Source: Desulfobacteraceae bacterium
GTDB lineage: Bacteria > Desulfobacterota > Desulfobacteria > Desulfobacterales > Desulfobacteraceae
Assembly: GCA_046482845.1 (NCBI GenBank)
Contig: JAWOEJ010000291.1
Location: 1-62,871, forward strand
Reading direction: 5' to 3'
Length of the DNA stretch: 62,871 nucleotides
How positions within the stretch are numbered: the first letter of the stretch is position 1; every line of letters starts with the position of its first letter. The position numbers were made by a program, and so were the translations under genes. Shown here in pieces: positions 39,030 to 49,840 of the stretch. The notes beneath the pieces are model-generated. The model was not told where the DNA came from. It did not search any database and was given only the letters and a program-made list of their open reading frames with translations.

Positions 39030-39854
39030 TTATAACCTTGATGCCATGTAATCCACCCCGTTTTTAAAAATCTGCCTTCCGCTGGTGACATAGGATTCCA
39101 TAGGAATTCCCTGTTTTTTCAGACTGTCTTTATGCCTGATCCAGTCCGGATGGTTGGTAAAATCAGTAAAGGCCTCAGGATGGGGCATAAGGCCGAAAAC
39201 TCTTCCGCTGGGATCGCAGATACCGGCAATATCATCAATGGAGCCGTTGGGATTTAAAGGAAATCTTCCTGAAGCAGGCCTGCCCGTTTCATCAGCATAC
39301 CTTAATACAATCTGCCTGTTTAAGGCGAGTTGTTCCATAATATCAGGGCCTGCAACAAATTTTCCCTCACCATGGCGCACCGGCAGATCCAGACGATCAA
39401 GTCCTTTTGTAAACACGCAGGGACTTTGTGCATCTGTTTTAAGATTCACCCACTGGTCTCTGAAATTTCCGCAGTCATTCCAGGTCAGAGCCACTGTCCG
39501 TTCCTGGTACCTGCCCTCAAGTCCAGGAAGCAGCCCGAGATTAACCAGGGTCTGAAACCCGTTGCATATACCAATGACCAGATTGCCCCTGTCAATAAAG
39601 GAAAGAAGCCTTTGTCCCATGTGATTTTTCAATTTCAGCGCCTGAAGCACCCCGGCCCCGTGGTCATCTCCCCAGCTGAACCCCCCGCCAAAGGCAAGAA
39701 TGTGAAAGTCTTCAAGCTTTTTTTCCCCGCGGATCAGGGCGTTGATATGCACCCTTTCAGCAGATGCCCCGGCAAGTTCAAAGGCATGGGCGGTTTCCAT
39801 GTCACAGTTTAATCCAAATCCCGTCAGTACAAGGGCTTTAACTCTTTTTTTCAT
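39030..39854 (-). CDS. purQ: Phosphoribosylformylglycinamidine synthase, glutaminase subunit
   Basis: 274 aa. Type-1 glutamine amidotransferase with GICNGFQ (catalytic Cys) and MPHPE. A 4-nt overlap with purL. Confidence 0.92.
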   Translation of the reverse strand: MKKRVKALVLTGFGLNCDMETAHAFELAGASAERVHINALIRGEKKLEDFHILAFGGGFSWGDDHGAGVLQALKLKNHMGQRLLSFIDRGNLVIGICNGFQTLVNLGLLPGLEGRYQERTVALTWNDCGNFRDQWVNLKTDAQSPCVFTKGLDRLDLPVRHGEGKFVAGPDIMEQLALNRQIVLRYADETGRPASGRFPLNPNGSIDDIAGICDPSGRVFGLMPHPEAFTDFTNHPDWIRHKDSLKKQGIPMESYVTSGRQIFKNGVDYMASRL

Positions 39855-42800
39855 ACCATATCCCCCAAAGGCTTTGAAAAAGCGCTTTCAAGCGTTTCAA
39901 TGGGAATATCTGCCAGCTCTTCCCTGTTAAGCCCTTTAATCTTCATATTTGCATGTTCATCCGTGAGTTTTCCTGCCCGGGAACAGGGCACCCCCTTGAA
40001 TAATTTCTCAAACAATGCCTGGTTTTCCGGTATAATACTGACAATAAACCGTCCGGCAGATTCAGAAAACAAAATCCCGGCATTGTCCAGCGGCCCCCGG
40101 CTGTCATCTGCCGGCACTTTGGACAGATCCATTTCCAGCCCAAGGCCGCCTGCCATGGCAGTCAGTGCAAGATGAACACCAAGACCGCCTCTGGCCACAG
40201 CATGGGCTGACGCCACGATTTCCATATCAATGGCCTTTTCAAGGATTTTATACATCACCTTAAATGAATTAAAACCAACTTCTGGGACATTCAGGCCGGT
40301 TTTTCCAAGAAGGTCATAGTATTCAGACCCGCCCAGCTCATTTCCGGTAAGCCCCAGGATATAGACAAGATCTCTGGAATGCACAGGTGCCATGGAAATG
40401 CATTTTGCCACATCATCAATCACTGAGGTGGCGGAAAACTGAACCGTTTCCAGAGCCGAAATTTTAATGGATTCACCGTATTTCCCTGGCAGGTGGCCGT
40501 CGACGTACATGGAGTCCTTGCCGGAAAGAAGGGGAATCTCATAGGCCAGACAGGCCGCCTTCAATGCCCTGCACGCCCTTACCAGCTGGGCTGCCTTGAA
40601 TTTGCCGTCGGGATTTTTCACCCTGTCAAATTGTATGTCAGGCCAGCAGAAATTATCCACACCGCCGATAGTATCCAGACGTCCCCCCACTGATAGAATG
40701 CGGCGGACTGCTTCATCTATGGTGCATGTCATCATGTGAAAGGCATCGATCTTTGAATACCAGGGCAGAAGCGCCTGGGAAAAGGCCAGACCCTTCCGGG
40801 AATCAAGCACCGGCCGTATTACCGAGGCATTGGATGGAATATTTCTGTGTACACCCACAAGGGGCTTGATCACGCTACCCCCCTGAACCTCGTGATCGTA
40901 TTGTCTTATAATCCATTCCTTTGAACAGATATTGGGCCGGGAGAGCATGTCACATAAAAGCCCATGAAAATCTCTAACAGGCCCCAGAACCGGTTCAGTC
41001 AATCCCCTGAGCTCAGGGGACAGCCAGGTGGCATCAAACTCCCAGTCTGGAAAGCCCTTGTCCATGAGATCCATATCCACACAGGCACAGATCTGTTTGT
41101 TGTACATAATGCAGAGCTTGCCCGTATCTGTATATTTTCCAATGACCGTGCTTTCAACCTCGTGCTTTTCTGAAAGAGCCATGAACCGGTCAATATCCTC
41201 GGGTTTCACAGACAACGTCATTCTCTCCTGGGACTCGGATATCCATATTTCCCACATGTCAAGGCCTTCATACTTTAAAGGCACCCTGTCCAGCCACACC
41301 TCGCACCCGTTACTTATCAGAGCGGATTCGCCCACGGAAGAGGAAAGCCCTCCCCCGCCGTTATCTGTAATAAACTGATAAAGCCCTTCATCCCTTGCCT
41401 CAAGGAGAAAATCATGCATTTTTTTCTGGGTATAGGGGTCACCGATCTGAACATGACCGGCAGGGGTATGAGCCGAATAACTCTCTGAAGAGGCAGTAAC
41501 CCCGTGAATGCCGTCCTTTCCTACCCTGCCGCCGCTCATCACAATGAATTCCCCGGGAGACGCTTCTTTTTTATGGCTTAAATCTCCCTTGATTTTGGAT
41601 GGCATAATTCCCAGCGCCGTAACAAACACCAGACTCTTGCCCATGTATCCGGGATGAAAAAGGGTCTGACCAAATGTGGTGGGTACGCCGCTTTTATTAC
41701 CGCCGTCCCGGACCCCCTCAACCACACCGTCAAGAAGCCTTCGGGGATGCAGGGGCGGCTTTAACGGACCTTTATAATTAATATCTCCCACACAGAAGCC
41801 AAAACTGCCCATGATAAGCCGTGAGCCCAGGCCTGTTCCCATGGGGTCTCGATACACGCCCACAATGCCGGTAATGGCACCGCCGTAGGCCTCCATATTG
41901 GAAGGGGAATTATGGGTCTCCCCTGTAATTACATAATTATAGGCTTCATCAAATCTGCCGATTCCAGCATTGTCCCAGAGCACAGAAACCACCCAGGGTT
42001 TTTTTTCCTTAAGGGCAAGGGTGGGTTCCTGTATAAAGGTTTTAAACAGGCTGTTTTCAACGGATCTTTCCTGGGCTGCCACATCATGATACCTGAAAAT
42101 TCCCCTGAATGTATTATGGTTGCAATGGTCGCTTCTGGCCTGGGATATATACTCCAGTTCCACATCTGTTGGATCACACAGGCCAACCTTTTTTCTATCG
42201 GCCAGAACGTTTCTGTCCAGAAAATACGCCCGTATCACCGGTATATCACTGGGATTCAGGGCAAGATTTCTCTGGTCACTGATCTGTTTCAATTCTTCAT
42301 TGGAGGCAATACTGATGGTCTTAAACTCAGGGTCATGGTTGATCACCACCCGGGCTGCTGTGGACCCGGCCCCGGTTTGCCTGTCCCAGTCCTCTTTTGA
42401 CATCACCCGCCACTGCTGGATAATTGGGTTGGACAAAAGCTCGGTTGCCAGTTTTTCAATATCCGGCTGGTTTAGATGGGCCCCTTTTATGCAGTACCGC
42501 TTTGAGGTATACACCCCCTCCTCTGCTTTGAATTTGCGGCCCAGAAGATCTTCAATGGCTTCTACGGCAGTGCTGGCTGGATTGTCTTTGACCCCGGGAC
42601 GCAGCCCAATCCACAGGCACCAGTCAAAATCAATGTCAAGGGGAGTCAGGGAAGATATATGAATCACCGGATTGGTCAGAATTTCATCTTTTATACGTTC
42701 CAGGTCGTGTAACTCAAAATCAGCTTCAATGGTTACAAGGTTTACACTGCGTACATCTGAAGTCTTAATATTAAAATATTCAAACGCCTTTTTTCTAAGG

Positions 42801-42859
42801 CTTTCTGCTTCTGCATCAACCAGTTCAGGCTGTAATGCCACCTCTATGCAGGAGATCAT
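39851..42859 (-). CDS. purL: Phosphoribosylformylglycinamidine synthase subunit PurL with an N-terminal PurS-like extension
   Basis: 1002 aa with PurM-like repeats (SDHCNHNTF, ETHNSPS, GGGGLSSS). The first ~170 aa look like tandem PurS-like modules. Confidence 0.92.
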   Translation of the reverse strand: MISCIEVALQPELVDAEAESLRKKAFEYFNIKTSDVRSVNLVTIEADFELHDLERIKDEILTNPVIHISSLTPLDIDFDWCLWIGLRPGVKDNPASTAVEAIEDLLGRKFKAEEGVYTSKRYCIKGAHLNQPDIEKLATELLSNPIIQQWRVMSKEDWDRQTGAGSTAARVVINHDPEFKTISIASNEELKQISDQRNLALNPSDIPVIRAYFLDRNVLADRKKVGLCDPTDVELEYISQARSDHCNHNTFRGIFRYHDVAAQERSVENSLFKTFIQEPTLALKEKKPWVVSVLWDNAGIGRFDEAYNYVITGETHNSPSNMEAYGGAITGIVGVYRDPMGTGLGSRLIMGSFGFCVGDINYKGPLKPPLHPRRLLDGVVEGVRDGGNKSGVPTTFGQTLFHPGYMGKSLVFVTALGIMPSKIKGDLSHKKEASPGEFIVMSGGRVGKDGIHGVTASSESYSAHTPAGHVQIGDPYTQKKMHDFLLEARDEGLYQFITDNGGGGLSSSVGESALISNGCEVWLDRVPLKYEGLDMWEIWISESQERMTLSVKPEDIDRFMALSEKHEVESTVIGKYTDTGKLCIMYNKQICACVDMDLMDKGFPDWEFDATWLSPELRGLTEPVLGPVRDFHGLLCDMLSRPNICSKEWIIRQYDHEVQGGSVIKPLVGVHRNIPSNASVIRPVLDSRKGLAFSQALLPWYSKIDAFHMMTCTIDEAVRRILSVGGRLDTIGGVDNFCWPDIQFDRVKNPDGKFKAAQLVRACRALKAACLAYEIPLLSGKDSMYVDGHLPGKYGESIKISALETVQFSATSVIDDVAKCISMAPVHSRDLVYILGLTGNELGGSEYYDLLGKTGLNVPEVGFNSFKVMYKILEKAIDMEIVASAHAVARGGLGVHLALTAMAGGLGLEMDLSKVPADDSRGPLDNAGILFSESAGRFIVSIIPENQALFEKLFKGVPCSRAGKLTDEHANMKIKGLNREELADIPIETLESAFSKPLGDMV

Positions 42860-42860
42860 G

Positions 42861-43931
42861 TTACCCCCCTTTAACTATCCTGATAATGTCATTATAAAAA
42901 ACAAAGACCATCAGGGCAACAAGGAGTGCCATGCCGAACTGATTGGCCTTTTCCCGGAATTTGCGGCTGGCGGCCCGGCCCCGGACAGCTTCTATGGTGA
43001 AAAAAAGCAGATGCCCCCCGTCCAGAACAGGAACAGGAAAAAGGTTGATGATGCCAAGGTTGATACTTAACATGGCAATAAAAAAGGCAAAATTCGCCAT
43101 CCCTGCCTCTGCCTGCTCCCCTGCCATCTGGGCAATCATGATGGGACCGCCCATGTTTTCAGATGAGACTGCACCGCTGATCATTTTTACAACGGATAAT
43201 ATGGTCAGCTCAACAATCTCCCATGTTTTTCTGCACCCTTCATACAGCGCCTGAAACGGATTCAGGGGTTTTTGAACCATGTCACCAGATGCTGAAATAC
43301 CGATCATATACCTGTCAATGGTTTCACCGAAAATATTTTTAACCGCTCTGGCCTCGGGCAGCAGTTCAACCCCAAAGGACTCATAATTGCGGGAAATAAG
43401 GATTTCCACAGGTTCCCCTGTGCCGCTGCTGATAATGTTCACCATATCATCCCAGGAATCAACCGAAACATTGTTTATCGCCTTGATTTCGTCTCCTTCC
43501 TGAATACCGGCCTTCATGGCAGGAGAATTTTCTCCCACACTGCCCACCACAGGTTTAATGATGTACAGACCTGAAATCTGGAAGATCACATAAAAAATAA
43601 GAATGGCCAGCAGAAAATTAAACAAAGGACCCGCCGCAACAATAAGCATTTTCTGGTATAATTTTTTATGATCAAAGGATATTTCTTTGTCTGATTCCCT
43701 TACCGGAACCCCGGGGTCCTCTCCGACCATTTTCACATATCCGCCCAGAGGAATAAGGGAAAGACAATACTCGGTAATCCCTTTTCTGAATCTGTAAATT
43801 TTCGGACCAAACCCCAGGGAAAAGGTTTCAACGCCCACTTTGAAAAAACGGGCGGCCAGAAAATGTCCCAGCTCATGAAAAAAGATCAGAACACCTAAAA
43901 CAACGATAAATGCTAAAATTGAATGCCCCAT
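42861..43931 (-). CDS. rseP: RIP site-2 metalloprotease RseP
   Basis: 356 aa with an HELGH zinc motif, one PDZ-like region and the C-terminal NLFPVPVLDGG motif. Confidence 0.9.
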   Translation of the reverse strand: MGHSILAFIVVLGVLIFFHELGHFLAARFFKVGVETFSLGFGPKIYRFRKGITEYCLSLIPLGGYVKMVGEDPGVPVRESDKEISFDHKKLYQKMLIVAAGPLFNFLLAILIFYVIFQISGLYIIKPVVGSVGENSPAMKAGIQEGDEIKAINNVSVDSWDDMVNIISSGTGEPVEILISRNYESFGVELLPEARAVKNIFGETIDRYMIGISASGDMVQKPLNPFQALYEGCRKTWEIVELTILSVVKMISGAVSSENMGGPIMIAQMAGEQAEAGMANFAFFIAMLSINLGIINLFPVPVLDGGHLLFFTIEAVRGRAASRKFREKANQFGMALLVALMVFVFYNDIIRIVKGG

Positions 43932-44006
43932 TGTACCACCTTAAGGGTTGATATGTGAATGCTTCTGGATAGTAAACAAATTGCTCTGATATTGAAATAT
44001 TAAGAA

Positions 44007-45179
44007 TTAATTTAAATGTTTGATTTCCAGCTCAGCCCTCTGCCTGGCCCAGGCATCTGCTGCCAGAATATCTGAAATATCCGGAACAAAAATACAATCA
44101 TGAACCGCCATACAATGCTCGACAACCCGGAAAATACCGGGAAAATCCAGCCTGTATTCAAGGAAGGCGTTTACAGCGACTTCATTTGCCGCATTCATGA
44201 CCGCAGGCAGGGTACCGCCACAGGCACAGGCATCATAGGCAAAACCAAGGGAAGGGAATTTTTTTAAATCCGGCTTTTCAAAACTCAGATTCCTGATGGC
44301 TGCGAAATCAGGGTATTCAATTCCCAGTCTGATCCGGTCCGGCCAGGTAAACGCATAGGAAATAGCGCCTTTCATATCAGGAATCCCCATCTGGGCCATT
44401 ATGGCTCCGTCTCTGAATCCCACCATGGAGTGCACAATGCTCTGGGGGTGGACAAGCACCTCTATGTCTTCTGCTGGAACACCAAACAGGTGAACTGCTT
44501 CGATGATTTCAAGCCCCTTGTTCATAAGGGTTGCCGAATCTATGGTGATTTTGCTGCCCATGGTCCAGGTGGGATGATTCAAGGCATGTTCCGGCTGAAC
44601 TGCGTTAAATCTGTCCTCAGGAAAATTCCTGAAGGGACCGCCTGATGCGGTCAAAAAAATCTTTTTAAATGCTTTGTGCGGGCTGGCTTCAAGACATTGA
44701 AAAATGGCGCTGTGCTCGCTGTCCACAGGAAGAATTCTGACCTTTTTTTCTGCAGCCCTTTCCATCACCAGGCGCCCGGCCATCACCAGGGTTTCCTTGT
44801 TGGCCAGGGCGATCCTCTTGCCTGCATCAATGGCGGCAAGGGCAGGCTTCAGTCCGGCAGCCCCCACCATTGCAAGAAGGACAATATCAGCCGGTTCATG
44901 GGAGGCTGCCCGCTGATATCCGGATTCTCCGAAAATCACAGCGGTTTTACGGCTGTCTATCCCCTGGCCGGCCATCATGGATGTCAACCGCTTCGCATGG
45001 TGTTCATCCCTGACAACGGCAATGTCAGGGGTAAAGATCCTGATTTGCTCAAGGAGAAGATCAAGGCTCGTGGCAGCAGCCAGGGCCACCACATCAAACA
45101 GATCAGGGTGCATGGCTGCCACTTCAAGTGCGTTTTTTCCTATTGAGCCTGTGGACCCAAGTATTGACAGACGTTTCAT
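44007..45179 (-). CDS. dxr: 1-deoxy-D-xylulose 5-phosphate reductoisomerase
   Basis: 390 aa with ILGSTGSIG, LANKE, PVDSEHSA and NHPTWxMG motifs. Confidence 0.96.
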   Translation of the reverse strand: MKRLSILGSTGSIGKNALEVAAMHPDLFDVVALAAATSLDLLLEQIRIFTPDIAVVRDEHHAKRLTSMMAGQGIDSRKTAVIFGESGYQRAASHEPADIVLLAMVGAAGLKPALAAIDAGKRIALANKETLVMAGRLVMERAAEKKVRILPVDSEHSAIFQCLEASPHKAFKKIFLTASGGPFRNFPEDRFNAVQPEHALNHPTWTMGSKITIDSATLMNKGLEIIEAVHLFGVPAEDIEVLVHPQSIVHSMVGFRDGAIMAQMGIPDMKGAISYAFTWPDRIRLGIEYPDFAAIRNLSFEKPDLKKFPSLGFAYDACACGGTLPAVMNAANEVAVNAFLEYRLDFPGIFRVVEHCMAVHDCIFVPDISDILAADAWARQRAELEIKHLN

Positions 45180-45979
45180 AGAATAAACACCTTGAATCCA
45201 TAGGCAATCGGAACAGCAAACAGCAGCCCGTCCAGCCTGTCCAGAAGGCCGCCGTGACCGGGCAGAATTTTTCCGGAATCCTTTATACTGCAGGACCGTT
45301 TCATTGCCGATTCAAAAAGATCCCCTGTCTGGCCTGCTGCGGCTGCAGTTAAAGCAAAAACAGCTGCCGTGAAAAATGATATGTCCGGTAAAAACAAAAG
45401 ACTGAAAATAACGCCTGAAACCACAGCAGCCCCAAGACCGCCCAGGGCGCCTTCCACGGTTTTTTTGGGACTGACCCGGGGCGCCAGAAAATGTCTGCCG
45501 AAATTTCTGCCGACATAAAAGGCGCCGGTATCGCTGACCCCAATGATAATCCAGAGCCATAAGACAAAGAGCGCGCCGTTTTCAGAGTTCCTCAACAATA
45601 CCAGCAGGGCCAGAACCAGGGGGATGTAAACCAGGGCCTGCACCTGTCTGGCCGATGCATCTATGGTGCATTTATCCCCGGAAAAATCAGCAAGCACCAG
45701 AACAGAAAGGAAAAGCGTATTACAGGCCAGCAGGACCAGGAGAAGGTCAGGATACCCATAATGGGCCCCGGCCACCAAGGCAAGGGAGGTTATCTGGGCT
45801 GATATTTTAATTTTCAGGGGAATCTGATCTGAAACAGAAACAATTGAAAAGTATTCCAGAAGACATAATGCCGCTGCTGCTGCCATGAAGAGGGTAAAGA
45901 GGAGCTGTGATCCTTTTAAAACGATCAGAAAAAGAAAAACAATTAAAACCAGAGCGGTTATCCATCGTTTGATGAGCAT
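45176..45979 (-). CDS. cdsA: Phosphatidate cytidylyltransferase
   Basis: Polytopic membrane protein with the C-terminal CDS signature (SxxKRxxxxKDSGxxxPGHGGxxDRxD). Confidence 0.9.
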   Translation of the reverse strand: MLIKRWITALVLIVFLFLIVLKGSQLLFTLFMAAAAALCLLEYFSIVSVSDQIPLKIKISAQITSLALVAGAHYGYPDLLLVLLACNTLFLSVLVLADFSGDKCTIDASARQVQALVYIPLVLALLVLLRNSENGALFVLWLWIIIGVSDTGAFYVGRNFGRHFLAPRVSPKKTVEGALGGLGAAVVSGVIFSLLFLPDISFFTAAVFALTAAAAGQTGDLFESAMKRSCSIKDSGKILPGHGGLLDRLDGLLFAVPIAYGFKVFIL

Positions 45980-46716
45980 AAAATCCTGCCAAACCTGCGG
46001 TCGCGGGTCTGGTATTCCTTTAAAATATCAATGAACTCATTTTTGGTAAAATCAGGCCACAGGGTTTCTGTAAAAAAAATTTCAGCATATGCCGCCTGCC
46101 ACAACAGAAAATTACTCAGCCGCATTTCACCGCTGGTGCGGATCAAAATATCAGGATCAGGCATTCCTTTTGTGTACAAATGATCGGATAGATCTTTTTC
46201 ACAAATCTTTTCCGGCATCAGCCTGCCATTAGAGATATCTTTTGCCAGCCGGATTGCCGCCCGGGTAATTTCCTCCCGGCCACCGTAACTCAAGGCCAGA
46301 TTCACAGCCAGCCGGGTGTTATGCCTTGTCTCGTCTATGGTGATGTCCAGTTCTTTTCTGACATCCTCTGGAAGCCGCTCTTTCTGCCCGATAACATCAA
46401 GCCGGATATTTTTCTCTATAAACTCAGCTCGTTCCGACACAGAAAATTTCTTGAGAAGGCGCATAAGTGCGCTTACTTCCGTTTGCGGCCTGTCCCAGTT
46501 TTCCGTGGAAAAGACGTAGAGGGTCAGGTACTCAATTCCAATTTCACAGCAGGCATTGACAATGGCCCGCACTGCATCGACCCCTTTTTCATGCCCCCTG
46601 ATGCGGTTCATCATTTTTTTTTTGGCCCACCTGCCATTGCCGTCCATGATAACAGCAACATGCCTGGGCAGACTGTCAGAATTAAAACTCAAGGATTTCC
46701 TTTTCTTTGGTGGCAA
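45958..46716 (-). CDS. uppS: Undecaprenyl diphosphate synthase
   Basis: HVAVIMDGNGRWA and RTSGEMRLSNFLLWQ. The track start is a TTG that overlaps frr by 35 nt, so the exact start is uncertain. Confidence 0.92.
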   Translation of the reverse strand: MPPKKRKSLSFNSDSLPRHVAVIMDGNGRWAKKKMMNRIRGHEKGVDAVRAIVNACCEIGIEYLTLYVFSTENWDRPQTEVSALMRLLKKFSVSERAEFIEKNIRLDVIGQKERLPEDVRKELDITIDETRHNTRLAVNLALSYGGREEITRAAIRLAKDISNGRLMPEKICEKDLSDHLYTKGMPDPDILIRTSGEMRLSNFLLWQAAYAEIFFTETLWPDFTKNEFIDILKEYQTRDRRFGRILCSSNDG

Positions 46717-47239
46717 AGATGTAATCTATTTTTTTTATATGCTCATCTGTGACTTCCTGAACAGTCTTTTGTGCCTTGAAATTTTCATCCTCGGAAATAT
46801 CTCCGTCCTTCTGCAGTTTTTTTAAATCATCATTGGCATCCCTGCGGATATTTCTTACAGCAATCTTATAATCCTCACAGGTTTGATTCACGCTCTTGAC
46901 AATTTCTTTTCTTCTTTCCTCGGTAAGGGGAGGGATTGAAATTCTTATAATCTTACCGTCATTTGACGGTGTCAGGCCGAGATTTGCCTTTAAAATGGCT
47001 TTTTCTACATTTTTCAGAACGGTAACATCCCAGGGTTGAACAGTAATCAGTCTACTTTCCGGTACAGCAAGGGATGCCATCTGATTCAACGGGGTTGCTG
47101 TGCCGTAATAATCGACCTTTACACCGTCAAGCATGGAAAGGGATGCCCTTCCCGTGCGGACCCTGACCATTTCTCTTTCAAGGGAATCCAGGGACTTTGC
47201 CATTTTTTCTTTTGTTTCCTGGAATACTGTATCTATCAT
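46682..47239 (-). CDS. frr: Ribosome recycling factor
   Basis: 185 aa with a typical RRF sequence (VRTGRASLSMLDGVKVDYYG). Confidence 0.96.
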   Translation of the reverse strand: MIDTVFQETKEKMAKSLDSLEREMVRVRTGRASLSMLDGVKVDYYGTATPLNQMASLAVPESRLITVQPWDVTVLKNVEKAILKANLGLTPSNDGKIIRISIPPLTEERRKEIVKSVNQTCEDYKIAVRNIRRDANDDLKKLQKDGDISEDENFKAQKTVQEVTDEHIKKIDYIFATKEKEILEF

Positions 47240-47355
47240 AAGTTCACCCTTTTGCTGTTACCCGATGATCAGTGAGTTATGCCTGGTTTCCCGAGATAGG
47301 GGACAGGTAAATGTAAAAACAGGATCATCAAGTGTTATTAATTGCCTTTTCTCTC

Positions 47356-48078
47356 TTAATCATTATATATGCGCGTCCCCACCTCTTCTCCGCAGACGGC
47401 GCGGCAAATATTGTCCGGGGTATGAAGATCAAAGACCTGAAGGGGCAGATTATTGTCCATGGCCAGGGAAATCGCTGTCATATCCATTACATGCAGCTGT
47501 TTTTCCAGCACTTCCATGTAGGTAATGCGCTGTATAAATCTGGCGTCACTGTCCAGGGCAGGGTCCTTGTCATAAAGACCCTTTACCTGGGTCGCCTTGA
47601 ACAGAATCTGAGCATTGATTTCCTGGGCCCGGAGCACAGCCGCAGTATCCGTGGTAAAATACGGGTTGCCCGTACCTGCCGCAAAAATAACGCTGCGGCC
47701 TTTTTCCATGTGACGTTCAGCCTTTTTGGGAATAAAGGGTTCTGCTATTTTATTCATGGCCAGGGCAGACTGAACCCGTGTGGGAACGCCGCACTTTTCC
47801 AGCGCGTCGGAAAGGGCAAGGCTGTTGATTACCGTTGCCAGCATTCCCATATTGTCTGCTGAAGTGCGGTCCATGCCGGCTGAACTGCCTGCGACCCCCC
47901 TGAATATATTACCGCCGCCCACCACCATGGATACCTGAACACCCAGCTTGTGAACCTTGGCAACTTCTGCGGCAACATACTTGATCATTGCCGGTTTTAT
48001 GCCAAAGCCCTGGTCACCCATAAGGGCTTCTCCACTGAGCTTGATAAGAATCCTGTCAAACTGCGGCTTTTTATCCAC
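47356..48078 (-). CDS. pyrH: UMP kinase
   Basis: [21 protein letters not shown]. The start is set at the GTG at 48078 after GGGAGA. The track start at 48108 overlaps tsf. Confidence 0.93.
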   Translation of the reverse strand: MDKKPQFDRILIKLSGEALMGDQGFGIKPAMIKYVAAEVAKVHKLGVQVSMVVGGGNIFRGVAGSSAGMDRTSADNMGMLATVINSLALSDALEKCGVPTRVQSALAMNKIAEPFIPKKAERHMEKGRSVIFAAGTGNPYFTTDTAAVLRAQEINAQILFKATQVKGLYDKDPALDSDARFIQRITYMEVLEKQLHVMDMTAISLAMDNNLPLQVFDLHTPDNICRAVCGEEVGTRIYND

Positions 48079-48082
48079 CAAA

Positions 48083-48679
48083 TCATTCTCCCAGCTGAAA
48101 GCGTGCAAACCGTTTCACATGAATATTTTCACCGATTTTGGCTATGGCCTCGGTTGTAACGTCTGCTACACTTTTTTTTGGATCCTTTATATACGCCTGG
48201 CTCATCAGGCAGGATTCCTTGAAAAATTTCTGGACCTGACCTTCCACTATGGTGTCAATGATCTTTTCCGGTTTTCCCTGCTCCAGGGCCTGGGCCCGGT
48301 AAATCTCACGCTCCCTGTTCACCAGCTCCTCGGGAATATCCTCAGCCACGAGCCCTGCTGGATTGGCAGCGGCGATATGCATGGCGATATTCTTGGCAAA
48401 ATCCCGGAAATCATCGGTTTTGGCAACAAAATCCGACTCGCAGTTGATCTCAACCAGAACGCCGAGTTTGTCTCCTGTGTGGATATAGGAATAGATAATA
48501 CCTTCAGAAGTTGCCCGTCCAGCTCGTTTCTGGGCTTTGGCAAGCCCTTTTGTCCTTAAAAAATCAAGGGCTTTATTCGCGTCACCATCGTTTTCAACCA
48601 ACGCCTTTTTGCAATCCATCATTCCAGATCCAGTCTTTTCGCGAAGTTCCTTGACCATCGCTGCTGTAATTTCAGCCAT
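48083..48679 (-). CDS. tsf: Elongation factor Ts (short form)
   Basis: 198 aa with [19 protein letters not shown], the UBA-like N-terminal signature. Confidence 0.95.
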   Translation of the reverse strand: MAEITAAMVKELREKTGSGMMDCKKALVENDGDANKALDFLRTKGLAKAQKRAGRATSEGIIYSYIHTGDKLGVLVEINCESDFVAKTDDFRDFAKNIAMHIAAANPAGLVAEDIPEELVNREREIYRAQALEQGKPEKIIDTIVEGQVQKFFKESCLMSQAYIKDPKKSVADVTTEAIAKIGENIHVKRFARFQLGE

Positions 48680-48780
48680 TTTTCTAGCTCCTTATATCTT
48701 CATGTCCAGCAAGCAGGCAAACCAGGAAACCCGCAAACCGGCTGCTGGAAGTACCCTGCCTTAAGGTTTTATTTAATTTA

Positions 48781-49650
48781 CTAAGCTTGAGTTTCTGCTT
48801 TTACTTCAGTTTCAGATTCTGTTTCCAGAGCAGCTGTTTTTCTTTTGATCTTTTCAACCACAGGACCGTCTGTCCCATCGGAAATAATTGTTCTTTCCAC
48901 ATCTTTCAGGGCGTTATCCTCAGATGGAGCTTCATCTTTGTCCTTGTCGGCCTGCATTTTTTCCTGATACCTTTCATTGCCCTCTATACAAGCATCTGCA
49001 ATTTTAGAGGCAAACAGACGGATCGATCTTATGGCATCGTCATTTCCAGGAATAATATAATCAATATCATCCGGGTCACAATTTGTATCAACCACAGCCA
49101 CAATGGGAATACCCAGTTTTTTGCCCTCTTTAACTGCAATGGACTCATTTTTGGGATCGATTATAAAAATTGCCCCGGGAAGGGACTTCATGGTGCTGAT
49201 ACCGCCGATATCATTGACAAGTTTCTGCTTTTCCTTGCCCATCATTACCCTTTCCTTTTTGGGGTAGTTCTCGATGGTACCGTCATTTTCTATGGCGTTC
49301 AGGTATTCCAGCCGCTGAATATTTTTCCTGATGGTCTGAAAATTGGTCAGCATGCCTCCAAGCCATCTGTTCTCGACATAAAAGGCTTCAGCCCGGTTGG
49401 CCTCTTCATAGATACTTTCCCTTGCCTGTTTTTTTGTTCCGACAAAAAGAACACTCTTTCCCTGGGCAGTGGTATCAACTATGAAATCATAGGCATTCTT
49501 GAACATTTTCACTGTCTGCTGAAGATCCACAATATAAATACCGTTGCGTGCGCCGAAAATGTATCGCTTCATCTTTGGATTCCAGCGTCTGGTCTGATGC
49601 CCGAAATGGACACCTGCCTCTAAAAGCTCCCTCATGGTTACATATGCCAT
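48781..49650 (-). CDS. rpsB: 30S ribosomal protein S2 (with an acidic C-terminal tail)
   Basis: [19 protein letters not shown]. 289 aa, with the last ~50 aa Glu/Asp/Lys-rich. Confidence 0.97.
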   Translation of the reverse strand: MAYVTMRELLEAGVHFGHQTRRWNPKMKRYIFGARNGIYIVDLQQTVKMFKNAYDFIVDTTAQGKSVLFVGTKKQARESIYEEANRAEAFYVENRWLGGMLTNFQTIRKNIQRLEYLNAIENDGTIENYPKKERVMMGKEKQKLVNDIGGISTMKSLPGAIFIIDPKNESIAVKEGKKLGIPIVAVVDTNCDPDDIDYIIPGNDDAIRSIRLFASKIADACIEGNERYQEKMQADKDKDEAPSEDNALKDVERTIISDGTDGPVVEKIKRKTAALETESETEVKAETQA

Positions 49651-49840
49651 ACTTCGTTTTCCATCCCTTTTTTAATGGTTTTTTTCCACCACACCTGTCC
49701 CCTCCAAAACCAACTTTTAAAAAAGCACCTGGCTTAAGATCAAGGTGTGTGCGTCGGTTCTTCTCTAATACCGTGCAAAAACAGCACAGCAAAGAAAACA
49801 AAATCCTGAAACATATATCAAAGTCTGTCTGTATTGGCAA

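Noticed and set aside
48787-49623. 278-aa ORF on the plus strand covering almost all of rpsB; similar long antisense ORFs at 14344-15105, 1370-2161, 47957-48559 and 61463-62077
   Set aside because: They are shadow frames of strongly supported genes on the other strand. Their composition is low-complexity and Phe/Cys/Ser-rich, and they have no RBS and no recognisable motifs.
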